Positions 49,501 through 57,784 of a DNA stretch of 64,000 bases are shown here, in pieces. Location: the IMG/VR virus record IMGVR_UViG_3300044608_002890. The stretch is one strand, 5' to 3'. Within the stretch, counting starts at the first letter, position 1, and each line of letters opens with the position of its first letter. This DNA comes from a virus. A program made the translations under genes and the position numbers. The notes below the pieces were generated by a model, which was not told where the DNA came from, did no database searches, and saw only the letters and a program-made list of their open reading frames with translations.

Positions 49501-51928
49501 CATACAAGCCAATGGTCAAATCAACATAGGTCAAGATGTTTCACCAACTACGGATGTAGAATTTAGAAACATCATCATTACAGGTAATTTAAAGGTTCAA
49601 GGAACACAGACCATAATTAATGCCAGTCAATTGGCTATTTCTGATAACATGGTCTACCTAAATGAATCCACACAACAGGCCATTGCCAATGCAGTAGGTG
49701 ATGGTGCAAATGTTGTTTATACTACTGTTCAGGACCATGGCTATCCTGTTGGTACTGTAGTAAGAGTTACTGACATCACCCCAAATACCTTCAATCAGAC
49801 TAGTTATGTGACCATACTGGCCACCACTAGCAATACCTTCACCATAGCCAATGCCACTACTGATACCTATGTAAGCGGAGGCAATGCCTTTGGCAAATCG
49901 TCCATAAATCCAGACCTAGGCTGGGCCGGTGGATACAATGATGGTACCTATCATCATGCTGGCATGTTCAGAGATGCCACAGACGGTGTATTCAAAGTAT
50001 TTGATAGTTATACTCCTGAACCCGATGCCAATATTTACATAGACACTGCGCATATCTCTTTTAGACTGGCCAATCTGGCTGCCAAGGAATTCATAGGCCC
50101 AGTCATAGGCAATGTCAGCAGTCTAGCAAACCATACTACCAGTAATCTAGTTGAGGGTGCCAACCTTTACTTTACTAATGCCAGAAGCCGCGCAACCGTA
50201 GGCACAGCCAATAGTTCTACGCTCATTTATTACGAAGCCAATGGCAACTTCCAGGTCAATACACCTGTGGTTGGTGGTGTAAACAGCGTCAACGGACAAA
50301 CTGGTGTCGTTACCTTAACTACCAGTAACATTGACGAAGGATCAAATCTATATTTCACCAATGCCAGAGCACGAGCAGCCGTAGGCACTGCGGCTGCTAA
50401 TGCCAAAGGACTGAGCTACGTAGAAAGCACAGGCGAATTTAGCCTGGCTGACAGTGGCGCTACTTCGGGCATCTATGGTACCGCATCGCTCATACCACAG
50501 ATAACCGTTGATCGCTATGGTCGCATCACAGCAGTCAGCAACATAGCTTCTATTTCAGGCGTCAGTAGTGTAAACGGTCAGACTGATACTGTTGTTCTCA
50601 CTACGGCCAATATTGCCGAAAGTGGAAACTTATACTTTACCAGTACACGGGCACGAGCAGCTGTTGGTGCTGTTGGTTCAAATCTTACTTACTATGAAGC
50701 CAATGGTAACTATCAGATTACCATGCCTGGTAGTAATCAGCAAATCATATTTAATAATGGTGGTCAGCTAGGTACTTCGGGAAGTTTAACCTGGGATGGT
50801 AGTTCGTTAAAAGCCACTCTTTTGGAGTCTACTCAGAGTTCTGGAGATGAGGGCGGACAATTAACATTGGCCAATGCGGCAACAAATAGTACATTGAACG
50901 GTCCCATAGCCATTGATATCTATCAAAATAGGCTAAGAATCTTTGAGACCGGTGGTTCCAATCGTGGTGCCTTCATTCCATTGGATGCTGCTAGCACAGG
51001 AGTTGGTAGTAATCTATTGGCCGGTGGTGGGGGTGGTTCTGTTTCAAGTGTAAACGGTCAGACTGGTGCTGTTGTACTCACTACAGCCAATGTAGCTGAA
51101 AGCGGAAATCTATATTTCACCAATGCCCGAGCCAGAGCTGCCATTACAACTGCTGCAGCCAATGCCAAGGGACTTAGCTATGTAGAAAGCACTGGTGAAT
51201 TTAGTCTGGCCGACAGTGGCGCTACTTCGGGCATCTATGGTACCGCATCGCTCATACCACAGATAACCGTTGATCGCTATGGTCGCATCACAGCAGTCAG
51301 CAACGTAGCAGCTGCCGGTGGCGGTGCCAGCAGCAATTCATTTAGCACCATAGTAGTAGCCGGTGGCTCCAATGTTGTAGCGACATCGCCCACTGATACA
51401 CTAACACTTGTAGCCGGTGGTAATGTCACCATCACCACCGATGCAGTCACTGACACCATAACCATATCAGCCATAGCCGGAGGTGGTGGGGCCGGTGGAA
51501 ATCCTTTCGACCAAGATCTGAATACTGCCAATGCCGTACAATTTTCTAGCCTGGGCATAGGTACTCCGGCATCAGGCACTACGGGTGAGATTCGCGCCAC
51601 CAACAACATAACGGCCTATTATTCAGACGACCGCCTCAAGAAGAAATTGGGCAACATAGAAAATGCTCTGGATAAAATTCGATCGCTACAGGGCTTTTAT
51701 TACCAAGCCAACGAAGTGGCTCAGAGTCTGGGCTATGATGTGCGCCGAGAAGTTGGTCTTTCTGCACAGCAGGTACAACGCATCATGCCCGAAGTAGTCA
51801 CAGGAGCGCCCATAGATCAGCAATATCTGACCATCTGGTACGAAAGGCTCATACCCTTGATTGTTGAAGCCATCAAAGAAGTCAAAGAAGAACTAGACCA
51901 ACTCAAGAGGAAGGACCATGGCTCTTAA
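46565..51928 (+). CDS. Long tail fibre with T.NIAEG.NLYFTNAR repeats and C-terminal peptidase S74 intramolecular chaperone
   Basis: About 17 NLYFTNAR-type repeats; V.SVNGQTG.V.L repeats; YSDDRLK...IENALDKI..L.G chaperone motif. Confidence 0.85.
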   Translation: MALSLNITASFPSTATLPNYAVTQLEIANSAVTARIIDRNTVTTDYITEGSANLYFTNARARDALTVTGGASYDSSNGILSVGGPGLWPNTDNVAEGSANLYFTNARARAAISAFDNSIIYDDVNGTIKANLAAIGAIGGGPNVISVNGQVGLVYLTTLNIIESGDSKYFSNALAQAAISGASGILVNDGTISIDDTVDILVNNITANSITLVDQNNALANVTILYDANSNYITVEANIRPTEDNVFTLGTAGSKWNEINAHELTVDFITATSNITTTGDIVARNLFGNITGEVLKTITITATGSTLIIDTANDPDLFLPQGTVVDFNASSDSLIGIGFDIGIVDGSNVLDSSNITGISYTVGNDSAATYADWEASFTGPNTRVLSYVIPQGASSNLIYYATSYENSRGRIVTAPPFTTDDLTEGNQNLYYTDERVQAVLSLVVDANVGMLYDEVLNIISLEQNIGTDAGPIFANVTANAFFGGNFYGTFIGNIQGAVANLNHLTTDDLAEGSTNRYYTTDRVRTAVFAGPGLTYSSITGEFELPFTGVDAGTYGNPNAIAKITVDDFGRITSANSIGILINSANVLETSNVFFTNARVWANVAPRIAELTTTNIAEGANLYFTNARARAAIGSEDANLIYYENNGKFQVNVTTSGGGAVTSVNGQTGIVVLTTANIAEDSNLYFTTDRVWANIGANIGNLNFWVASHNTTTGIAEGTKLFFTNARARAAIQAADNSIIYYEANGGIQANLTAINSVSSVNGQTGTVVLTTSNVYEGANLYFTNTRTRAAVGTANATALIYYEANGNFQINVEAVAAVTSVNEQIGAVSLSTSNIAEGANLYFTNTRSRAAVGTANSTSLIYYEGNGNFQVNIPVVGGVNSVNGQTGVVSLTTTNIAEGDNLYFTNARVWSNIASRISELTTSNIAEGANLYFTNARVWSNVGPRIAELTTSNIAEGSNLYFTNARTRAAISGGTGVTYIQANGQINIGQDVSPTTDVEFRNIIITGNLKVQGTQTIINASQLAISDNMVYLNESTQQAIANAVGDGANVVYTTVQDHGYPVGTVVRVTDITPNTFNQTSYVTILATTSNTFTIANATTDTYVSGGNAFGKSSINPDLGWAGGYNDGTYHHAGMFRDATDGVFKVFDSYTPEPDANIYIDTAHISFRLANLAAKEFIGPVIGNVSSLANHTTSNLVEGANLYFTNARSRATVGTANSSTLIYYEANGNFQVNTPVVGGVNSVNGQTGVVTLTTSNIDEGSNLYFTNARARAAVGTAAANAKGLSYVESTGEFSLADSGATSGIYGTASLIPQITVDRYGRITAVSNIASISGVSSVNGQTDTVVLTTANIAESGNLYFTSTRARAAVGAVGSNLTYYEANGNYQITMPGSNQQIIFNNGGQLGTSGSLTWDGSSLKATLLESTQSSGDEGGQLTLANAATNSTLNGPIAIDIYQNRLRIFETGGSNRGAFIPLDAASTGVGSNLLAGGGGGSVSSVNGQTGAVVLTTANVAESGNLYFTNARARAAITTAAANAKGLSYVESTGEFSLADSGATSGIYGTASLIPQITVDRYGRITAVSNVAAAGGGASSNSFSTIVVAGGSNVVATSPTDTLTLVAGGNVTITTDAVTDTITISAIAGGGGAGGNPFDQDLNTANAVQFSSLGIGTPASGTTGEIRATNNITAYYSDDRLKKKLGNIENALDKIRSLQGFYYQANEVAQSLGYDVRREVGLSAQQVQRIMPEVVTGAPIDQQYLTIWYERLIPLIVEAIKEVKEELDQLKRKDHGS
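50450..51304 (+). repeat. Perfect 93-nt direct repeat at 50450-50542 and 51212-51304
   Basis: Base-by-base identical (DSGATSGIYGTASLIPQITVDRYGRITAVSN). Confidence 0.92.
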
Positions 51929-54122
51929 TCCGTCGGGTCCGCTTAGCGCCGGCGGACCAGCCACAGGCATCAGCATAAACCTCGAGCTCGTAGGCCTGCT
52001 CAACGAACGTTCCAATGTGTCTGCAGCCAGTCTAGGCGACAATGTATTCAGATGTCTGGCCAACGTATCCAATGGCACCAGACCTGGCGATGGCAGTTTT
52101 CATATCAATACCACAAGTTCCATTAGCATGAGCAACTTTTATGGTCGTGGTCTGCCCACCAGCGTAGAATACCTTGTTGTTGCTGGGGGTGGTGGTGGAC
52201 ACTCTGGTACGATTTTTGGGGGCGGTGGTGGTGCTGGCGGATTTCTCTGGGGCAATGCCAACATAGTAGCTGGTTGCAATTACGAGGTTATAGTTGGTGC
52301 CGGTGGTTCTGGCACGGCTCCATCCAACTTTTTCTGTACGTATGCATTTCGCTCAAGGGGTGGCAACAGTGTTTTTGGAAGTGTCACGGCCTGTGGTGGA
52401 GGTGGTGGCGGCGGTCATCAAATAACAGGTCCTGCTGCTGTAAACTGGCAAGCCTATCCAGCTGAAACCGGCGGCAGTGGTGGCGGTGGTGGCTACTGTA
52501 GACCGGGTTGCGCAGTTAACCCCAAACCCGGTGCTGCAGGTACGCCTGGTCAGGGTAATAGTGGAGGAAGTGCCCTAAGTGCACCTTCTAGTCTGTTGGC
52601 TGCTGGTGGTGGCGGTGGAGCTTGCTCAGCTGGAAGCAATGGTTCAGCGTTTCCAGTGGTCCTGGGTGGTGCCGGCGGCGCTGGCTGTTATTCGACCATT
52701 ACAGGATCCAACGTAGCCTATGCCGGTGGCGGTGGTGGCGGTGCTAGCATTGCCCCAGCGGCTTCTCCGGGAGGTGTGGGTGGTGGAGGTCAAGGATCAA
52801 GGGCAAGCCCGGTCATAAGCAATGCTACGGCTGGAACTGTCAATACCGGTGGTGGTGGCGGAGGTGGCAGTATAACACCAGGTCTAGCAAATCATCAAAT
52901 GAGTCAATCAGGGGGATCGGGCATTGTTGTGTTGGCCTATTCAAGCAACATAGGACCCATACCCTACATCAGTCCATCTTTGACTTTCACTGTAAGTTGT
53001 ACCAGCCGACCAGGTTTTCATGTATATTGTTTTACTTCGGGTCGTGGTGTGGTGCGTTGGGGCATAGATCCCGGCAACATAAGAGCCGATGTATTGGTTG
53101 TAGCCGGTGGCGGCAGTGGTGGTTCAGCAGCACCAGCCATCGAACATGCTATGGGTGGCGGTGGTGCTGGTGGATTAATTCTTACCGGAGCAGTGCTCAG
53201 ACCCAATGTTCTTTATACAGTCACAGTGGGTGCTGGAGCTCCGGGCACCACTGTCTCCCCCAGCCCAGTTGCTGTCGTCGCACCTGGATCAACAGGGAGC
53301 AACAGCGTGTTCGCCAACACTGCAGTAGGTCTTGCTTTTTGTGCCAAAGGTGGTGGGGGTGGTGCTGCAGGCCTATTTTGTGCGCCACTGTATCCCACTG
53401 TGGCCTGTCCAGGCCAAGATGGTGGTAGTGGTGGCGGTATGGGTGGTGGAGGACCTGCAAATTTTCAAGCCGGTGGTAGACCAATTGATACAGCCGGAGC
53501 ATTCATAGGCAATGGCATACAGGGTTACGAAGGTGGCAACAGGACTGTAGCGGGTCCTGCAGGTAATGGCGGCGGAGGAGGTGGAGGAGCTTCACAATGC
53601 GGGCAACATGCAGCTGTTCCGCCATCAACAAGTTCCAATGGCGGCAATGGTGGTGCCGGTCGTGCCACCACCATAGCGGGCCCGTCGACCACCTATGGTG
53701 GCGGCGGCGGAGGTGGCGGTGGTGCGCTGAGACCAACCTTTCCAAACTTCAATGCGAGCTCAGCTCCCGGTGGCATAGGTGGTGCCGGTGGCGGTGGCAA
53801 TGGTGGCGGTCCCAGAGTTTCTACACCAGCTCCCCTGCAAGGATGCACTACCTGGGGTTGTCCGGGTACAGTCAATACCGGTGGTGGCGGTGGTGGTGGT
53901 GGCGGACAATGGCCATCGACTCCATTTCCTGCTCACGTAAACTGTGGTGGTGGTGGAGGTTCAGGCATAGTCATAGTAGCTTACCCAGACTGCTGGGGCA
54001 ACATTGCCAGTGTGACGCCTGGTTTGACATACACAGCCAAAATGCCCGGAGCTCCGGGTTGCAGAGCCGGCTACAGAGTGTACTGTTTTACTGCAGGAAC
54101 AGGCACAATTTGCTGGTCATAA
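51918..54122 (+). CDS. Glycine-rich adhesin-like protein (gp38-type polyglycine), two modules
   Basis: Two copies of [EY/DV]LVVAGGG.G...GGGGAGG ... GGSGIV..AY; follows an S74-bearing fibre. Confidence 0.75.
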   Translation: MALNPSGPLSAGGPATGISINLELVGLLNERSNVSAASLGDNVFRCLANVSNGTRPGDGSFHINTTSSISMSNFYGRGLPTSVEYLVVAGGGGGHSGTIFGGGGGAGGFLWGNANIVAGCNYEVIVGAGGSGTAPSNFFCTYAFRSRGGNSVFGSVTACGGGGGGGHQITGPAAVNWQAYPAETGGSGGGGGYCRPGCAVNPKPGAAGTPGQGNSGGSALSAPSSLLAAGGGGGACSAGSNGSAFPVVLGGAGGAGCYSTITGSNVAYAGGGGGGASIAPAASPGGVGGGGQGSRASPVISNATAGTVNTGGGGGGGSITPGLANHQMSQSGGSGIVVLAYSSNIGPIPYISPSLTFTVSCTSRPGFHVYCFTSGRGVVRWGIDPGNIRADVLVVAGGGSGGSAAPAIEHAMGGGGAGGLILTGAVLRPNVLYTVTVGAGAPGTTVSPSPVAVVAPGSTGSNSVFANTAVGLAFCAKGGGGGAAGLFCAPLYPTVACPGQDGGSGGGMGGGGPANFQAGGRPIDTAGAFIGNGIQGYEGGNRTVAGPAGNGGGGGGGASQCGQHAAVPPSTSSNGGNGGAGRATTIAGPSTTYGGGGGGGGGALRPTFPNFNASSAPGGIGGAGGGGNGGGPRVSTPAPLQGCTTWGCPGTVNTGGGGGGGGGQWPSTPFPAHVNCGGGGGSGIVIVAYPDCWGNIASVTPGLTYTAKMPGAPGCRAGYRVYCFTAGTGTICWS

Positions 54123-54125
54123 ATA
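54118..54125 (+). promoter_or_regulatory. Late promoter CATAAATA
   Basis: Overlaps the upstream stop codon; followed by AAGGA RBS and ATG 54138. Confidence 0.6.
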
Positions 54126-54137
54126 CAAGGAATAAAC

Positions 54138-54512
54138 ATGGCTCATTATGCAATTCTGGATGAGAACAATGTTGTTGTCCAGGTCATAACCGGTAAAGAT
54201 GAACATGAAGGTGATGAAGACTGGGAAGCAGTTTATGCTGAATTCTCTGGTGCAACGGTCAAAAGAACCAGTTATAACACCAGCTTGGGCGTGCATAAAC
54301 ATGGTGGTACGCCTTTTAGAAAAAACTATGCTGGCATAGGCTATAGTTATGATGCAGAAAGAGATGCATTCATTCCACCCAAGCCCTTTGCCAGCTGGAT
54401 ATTGGATGAATTTAGCTGTACCTGGCAACCGCCCGTGGCATATCCCACTGATGTAACACCTGGTGAAATTTGGGTCTGGGATGAAGAACTCATAAACTGG
54501 AGAAAACTCTAG
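54138..54512 (+). CDS. Conserved hypothetical protein accompanying Gly-rich fibre-tip genes
   Basis: MAHYAILDENNVV.QVI, KRTSYN, FRKNYAGIGYSYD...DAFIPPKPF.SW.L.E..C.W.PP motifs. Confidence 0.75.
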   Translation: MAHYAILDENNVVVQVITGKDEHEGDEDWEAVYAEFSGATVKRTSYNTSLGVHKHGGTPFRKNYAGIGYSYDAERDAFIPPKPFASWILDEFSCTWQPPVAYPTDVTPGEIWVWDEELINWRKL

Positions 54513-54530
54513 TATTTTTTGGATATAATC

Positions 54531-55133
54531 ATGCAACAAACCATGAATTTTGACCTAAAACATTATGTATACAGGATAGACAATTTTCTAGATCATGATT
54601 TTTGTCGTTCTCTGATAAAAAAAATAAAAAAATATGATTATTCGGTCAACACCGACAAGAAAACCTGGCACAAGCATTCTTACTATGATAACATAACCGA
54701 AAAAAATATTTCGCATGACAATGATCTAAGCGTTTGTTATGATGATTCTCAAGAAACCAAATACATCCATGACAAGCTCAACCAAGCCGTAGCCGATTAT
54801 CCCAAGCATGTTGGTGTTCGGGACTGGTGTGGTCCAGTCAAAGAATTGTCACATCTGCGTTACAATGGCTACGGTGTCAATACCGAAATGCGACTTCATG
54901 TTGATCATATTCATTCCCTGTTCGATGGACAACGCAAAGGCGTGCCTGTATTGACCTGTTTGGGCACTCTCAACGATAATTATGAAGGTGGAGAATTTCT
55001 GATGTTCAATGGTATGCAATATCCCATGCCTACGGGTACCCTTTTGATTTTTCCCAGCAATTTCCTGTATCCACATGCAGTCAAACCCGTGAAGCGCGGC
55101 ATTCGTTATAGCTATGTAAGTTGGGGGTGGTGA
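54531..55133 (+). CDS. 2OG-Fe(II) oxygenase, prolyl-4-hydroxylase-like
   Basis: LHVD (HxD), LNDNYEGGEF, FPSNFLYPHAV, RYS motifs; ATG 54531 preferred over TTG 54519. Confidence 0.88.
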   Translation: MQQTMNFDLKHYVYRIDNFLDHDFCRSLIKKIKKYDYSVNTDKKTWHKHSYYDNITEKNISHDNDLSVCYDDSQETKYIHDKLNQAVADYPKHVGVRDWCGPVKELSHLRYNGYGVNTEMRLHVDHIHSLFDGQRKGVPVLTCLGTLNDNYEGGEFLMFNGMQYPMPTGTLLIFPSNFLYPHAVKPVKRGIRYSYVSWGW

Positions 55134-55134
55134 T

Positions 55135-55731
55135 ATGATCATAAACCCAGTATTTCCCACACCTGTTGGTATTGAAAAATTTGAATCTGGTCTTAGCAAC
55201 AAGGAAATAGATTTCATTAAGAACCTGGAAAAAAGACCCAACATGGGCAATTTAACCAGTGTTGATACATATTTGCTGAGTTTGAAACCCATGGCCAGAC
55301 TCAAGAAATTTTTCACAGAAGCTGTGAACAGCTATTTTCAAGAAGTTTATCAGCCCAAGTTTGATGTAGAATTGCGCATCACACAAACCTGGGCCAATTA
55401 TTCCGAACGTGGCATGTTTCATCATTATCATGCCCATCCCAATAGTTTTGTAAGCGGTGTCTTTTATGTACAGACCAATGAATCGGATAAGATTTTCTTT
55501 AATAAAAATATCTACGAAAATATTCAAATCCCAACAGAGAATTTTAATCTTTTCAACAGCATGAGCTGGTGGTTTCCGGCCGAAGTCAACAATCTCATCA
55601 TGTTCCCTTCGGGTCTACATCACAATGTGCCCGAAGTATCCGAAGAACATACTCGCATCAGCATCAGTTTCAATACCTTTCCCCAGGGTATTCTTGGCAA
55701 CATACACAACTTGACGGAGTGCAAATTGTAA
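55135..55731 (+). CDS. Putative 2OG-Fe(II) oxygenase (TIGR02466-like)
   Basis: HYHAHPNSFVSGVFYV, LIMFPSGLHHNV, RISISFN motifs. Confidence 0.88.
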   Translation: MIINPVFPTPVGIEKFESGLSNKEIDFIKNLEKRPNMGNLTSVDTYLLSLKPMARLKKFFTEAVNSYFQEVYQPKFDVELRITQTWANYSERGMFHHYHAHPNSFVSGVFYVQTNESDKIFFNKNIYENIQIPTENFNLFNSMSWWFPAEVNNLIMFPSGLHHNVPEVSEEHTRISISFNTFPQGILGNIHNLTECKL

Positions 55732-56636
55732 TGAAAACATCATTCATCATCAACGGTGGTTTAGGCAGAGTAATCACATCCATTCCTGCTCTGGAAAAAT
55801 ACGTAACTCGCAACCCCGAAACTTATGTTTTGGTCTATGCCTGGGCACCCATCATCATGGGCAATAAAATTTTAACCAAACATGTTTATGATGCCTATTC
55901 GGTCAAGGGCATGTTCGACATCATCAAACATACACGCATACAGCAGCCTGAGCCCTATTACAACAGCGATTATCTCAATGGTAGAATCAGCCTGGCCGAT
56001 GCCTGGAACCAGGAAATCAATGCCGATACTGAACCCATGCCCATACCCAGAATTGTGCTGAGAAAAGATGAATTGGTCAATGGTCAGCAAATACGCAAGA
56101 ATTATTATAGGAAAATCATTGCCTTTCAGCCTTTTGGCAGCACCGCAAACATCACAGACAAAGAAGTTGCTGACAATACTAAAAGGTCATTATCGATAAA
56201 TACTACTAGGAGTCTGGTTAAATTTCTCAAGAAGCAGGGCTATGGTATTTGGCTCATGACCGATAAGAACATACCTTTTCTAGAGGCATCGGATTTCATA
56301 AATTATTATACGCAGAATGTAAGAGAAGTAGCAGCTGCGTTGCATGCCTGTGATTATTTCTTGGGCATAGATAGTTCTGGGCAGCACCTGGCCAGGAGTT
56401 TTGATATACCTGGCACCATAATCATGGGCGGTACCAATACAAAAAACGTTACCTATGCCGATCATTTCAACATCTACAATGATGTTCCGGATCGAGCCTA
56501 TATGCCCTATAGATTAACGGATCATGATTGGTGGATAAGCGAGACGCTTAACGAAAACATCATGGAATTTGATGACAAACGAATTAAAGATCTTTGTAAT
56601 AATGTATTGAAACATCTTAGAAAAACGACAAAGTAG
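55731..56636 (+). CDS. GT9-like (heptosyltransferase-like) glycosyltransferase
   Basis: INGGLGRVI, FQPFGS, CDYFLGIDSSGQHLA...G.T; start reassigned to ATG 55731 (TAATG coupling). Confidence 0.75.
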   Translation: MKTSFIINGGLGRVITSIPALEKYVTRNPETYVLVYAWAPIIMGNKILTKHVYDAYSVKGMFDIIKHTRIQQPEPYYNSDYLNGRISLADAWNQEINADTEPMPIPRIVLRKDELVNGQQIRKNYYRKIIAFQPFGSTANITDKEVADNTKRSLSINTTRSLVKFLKKQGYGIWLMTDKNIPFLEASDFINYYTQNVREVAAALHACDYFLGIDSSGQHLARSFDIPGTIIMGGTNTKNVTYADHFNIYNDVPDRAYMPYRLTDHDWWISETLNENIMEFDDKRIKDLCNNVLKHLRKTTK

Positions 56637-56642
56637 ACTTTA

Positions 56643-56978
56643 ATGGCACGATACCTAGACTTCAGCTTAGACCAAGGCGCATCATTCAGTCGAATCATAA
56701 ACTATCAGGATGCCAACAAGAGTAATCTTAGCCTTGCAGGCTATGATCTAAGAGCACAGATGCGCAGAAGCTATTATAGCTCCAATGCCAATGTCATAAC
56801 TGCTGCGGTATCGGATGCTGCAACCGGTCAGTTTACCCTGAGCATGTTAGCCAATGTAACCAGCAATCTCAAGGCCGGTCGTTGGTTCTATGATGTCGAA
56901 GCCAATACTGCTAATGATGCATCGGTTATAAGAATCATTGAAGGCATCATAACTGTTTTGCCTGGAGTAACTCGATGA
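56643..56978 (+). CDS. Small beta-sandwich virion protein preceding gp13
   Basis: LDQGASF...DLRAQMRRSY...L.L....T..LKAGRWFYDVE...RIIEG..TV.PGVT pattern. Confidence 0.65.
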   Translation: MARYLDFSLDQGASFSRIINYQDANKSNLSLAGYDLRAQMRRSYYSSNANVITAAVSDAATGQFTLSMLANVTSNLKAGRWFYDVEANTANDASVIRIIEGIITVLPGVTR

Positions 56979-57718
56979 ACCCAACCAATCGTCAAGAACT
57001 AGTAGACTATTGTCTAAGAAGACTGGGGCATCCAGTCATAGAAATCAACGTTGACGACGACCAGATCGAAGATCGCATCGATGATGCCTTTCAATTCTAC
57101 AGAGAATTTCATTACGATGCCGTTGAAATGGTGTATCTCAAACATGAGATGACAGCCAATGACATCAGCAATACCTATGTAACTCTTAGCGATGCCGTAG
57201 TTGGAGTGAATCGCATTCTGCCGTTCAGCAGCAAGACCACCAGCGGCATGAACATCTTTGATATACGCTATCAGATTCTAATAAATGATCTGTACAGCAT
57301 CATGAGTACGGATCTGATTTACTACCAGCAAGTCAAGGGTCAATTGGAATTGATTCAGCAAGTGCTGGTGGGCACCAAACCTGTGCGTTTCAATCGCCAC
57401 ATGAATCGAGTCTACATAGACATGAGCTGGAGCTCGGACATCAAGGCCGGAGAGTTCTTGATCTTTGAATGCTGGCGCATACTGGATCCCAGTACCTATG
57501 CCGATGTATACAATGACATGTGGTTAAAACGCTATGCGACAGCTCTCATCAAACGACAGTGGGGCGACAATCTCAAGAAGTTTGCGGGCATGCAGTTACC
57601 AGGTGGCGTTCAGCTCAATGGACAGCAAATCTACGATGAAGCCATCGAAGACATAAAAAACATTGAAGCTGAAATACGCAGTACCTTTGAGATGCCTGTG
57701 GATTTCTTTACGGGTTAA
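56975..57718 (+). CDS. gp13: Neck protein
   Basis: RQELVDYCLRRLGHPVIEINVDDDQIEDRIDDA, WLKRYATALIKRQWG.NLKKF.G.QLPGGV. Confidence 0.95.
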   Translation: MNPTNRQELVDYCLRRLGHPVIEINVDDDQIEDRIDDAFQFYREFHYDAVEMVYLKHEMTANDISNTYVTLSDAVVGVNRILPFSSKTTSGMNIFDIRYQILINDLYSIMSTDLIYYQQVKGQLELIQQVLVGTKPVRFNRHMNRVYIDMSWSSDIKAGEFLIFECWRILDPSTYADVYNDMWLKRYATALIKRQWGDNLKKFAGMQLPGGVQLNGQQIYDEAIEDIKNIEAEIRSTFEMPVDFFTG

Positions 57719-57784
57719 TGAAGTCTTTTTCTTCATTCCCACAGTACCATTGTATGCAGATCTTAGAAGGGTGTCGATAATCAA

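Noticed and set aside
50450-51304. Diversity-generating retroelement TR/VR pair
   Set aside because: Copies are identical rather than differing at adenines, both lie inside one CDS, and no reverse transcriptase is in the window.
46565-51928. CRISPR array or tRNA genes among the repeats
   Set aside because: Repeats are in-frame, degenerate protein repeats without unique spacers; intergenic gaps show no cloverleaf or T-loop motif.
57717-57737. Terminator hairpin AATGAAG/CTTCATT after gp13
   Set aside because: AT-rich 7-bp stem with the U-run in the loop rather than after it; too weak to call.
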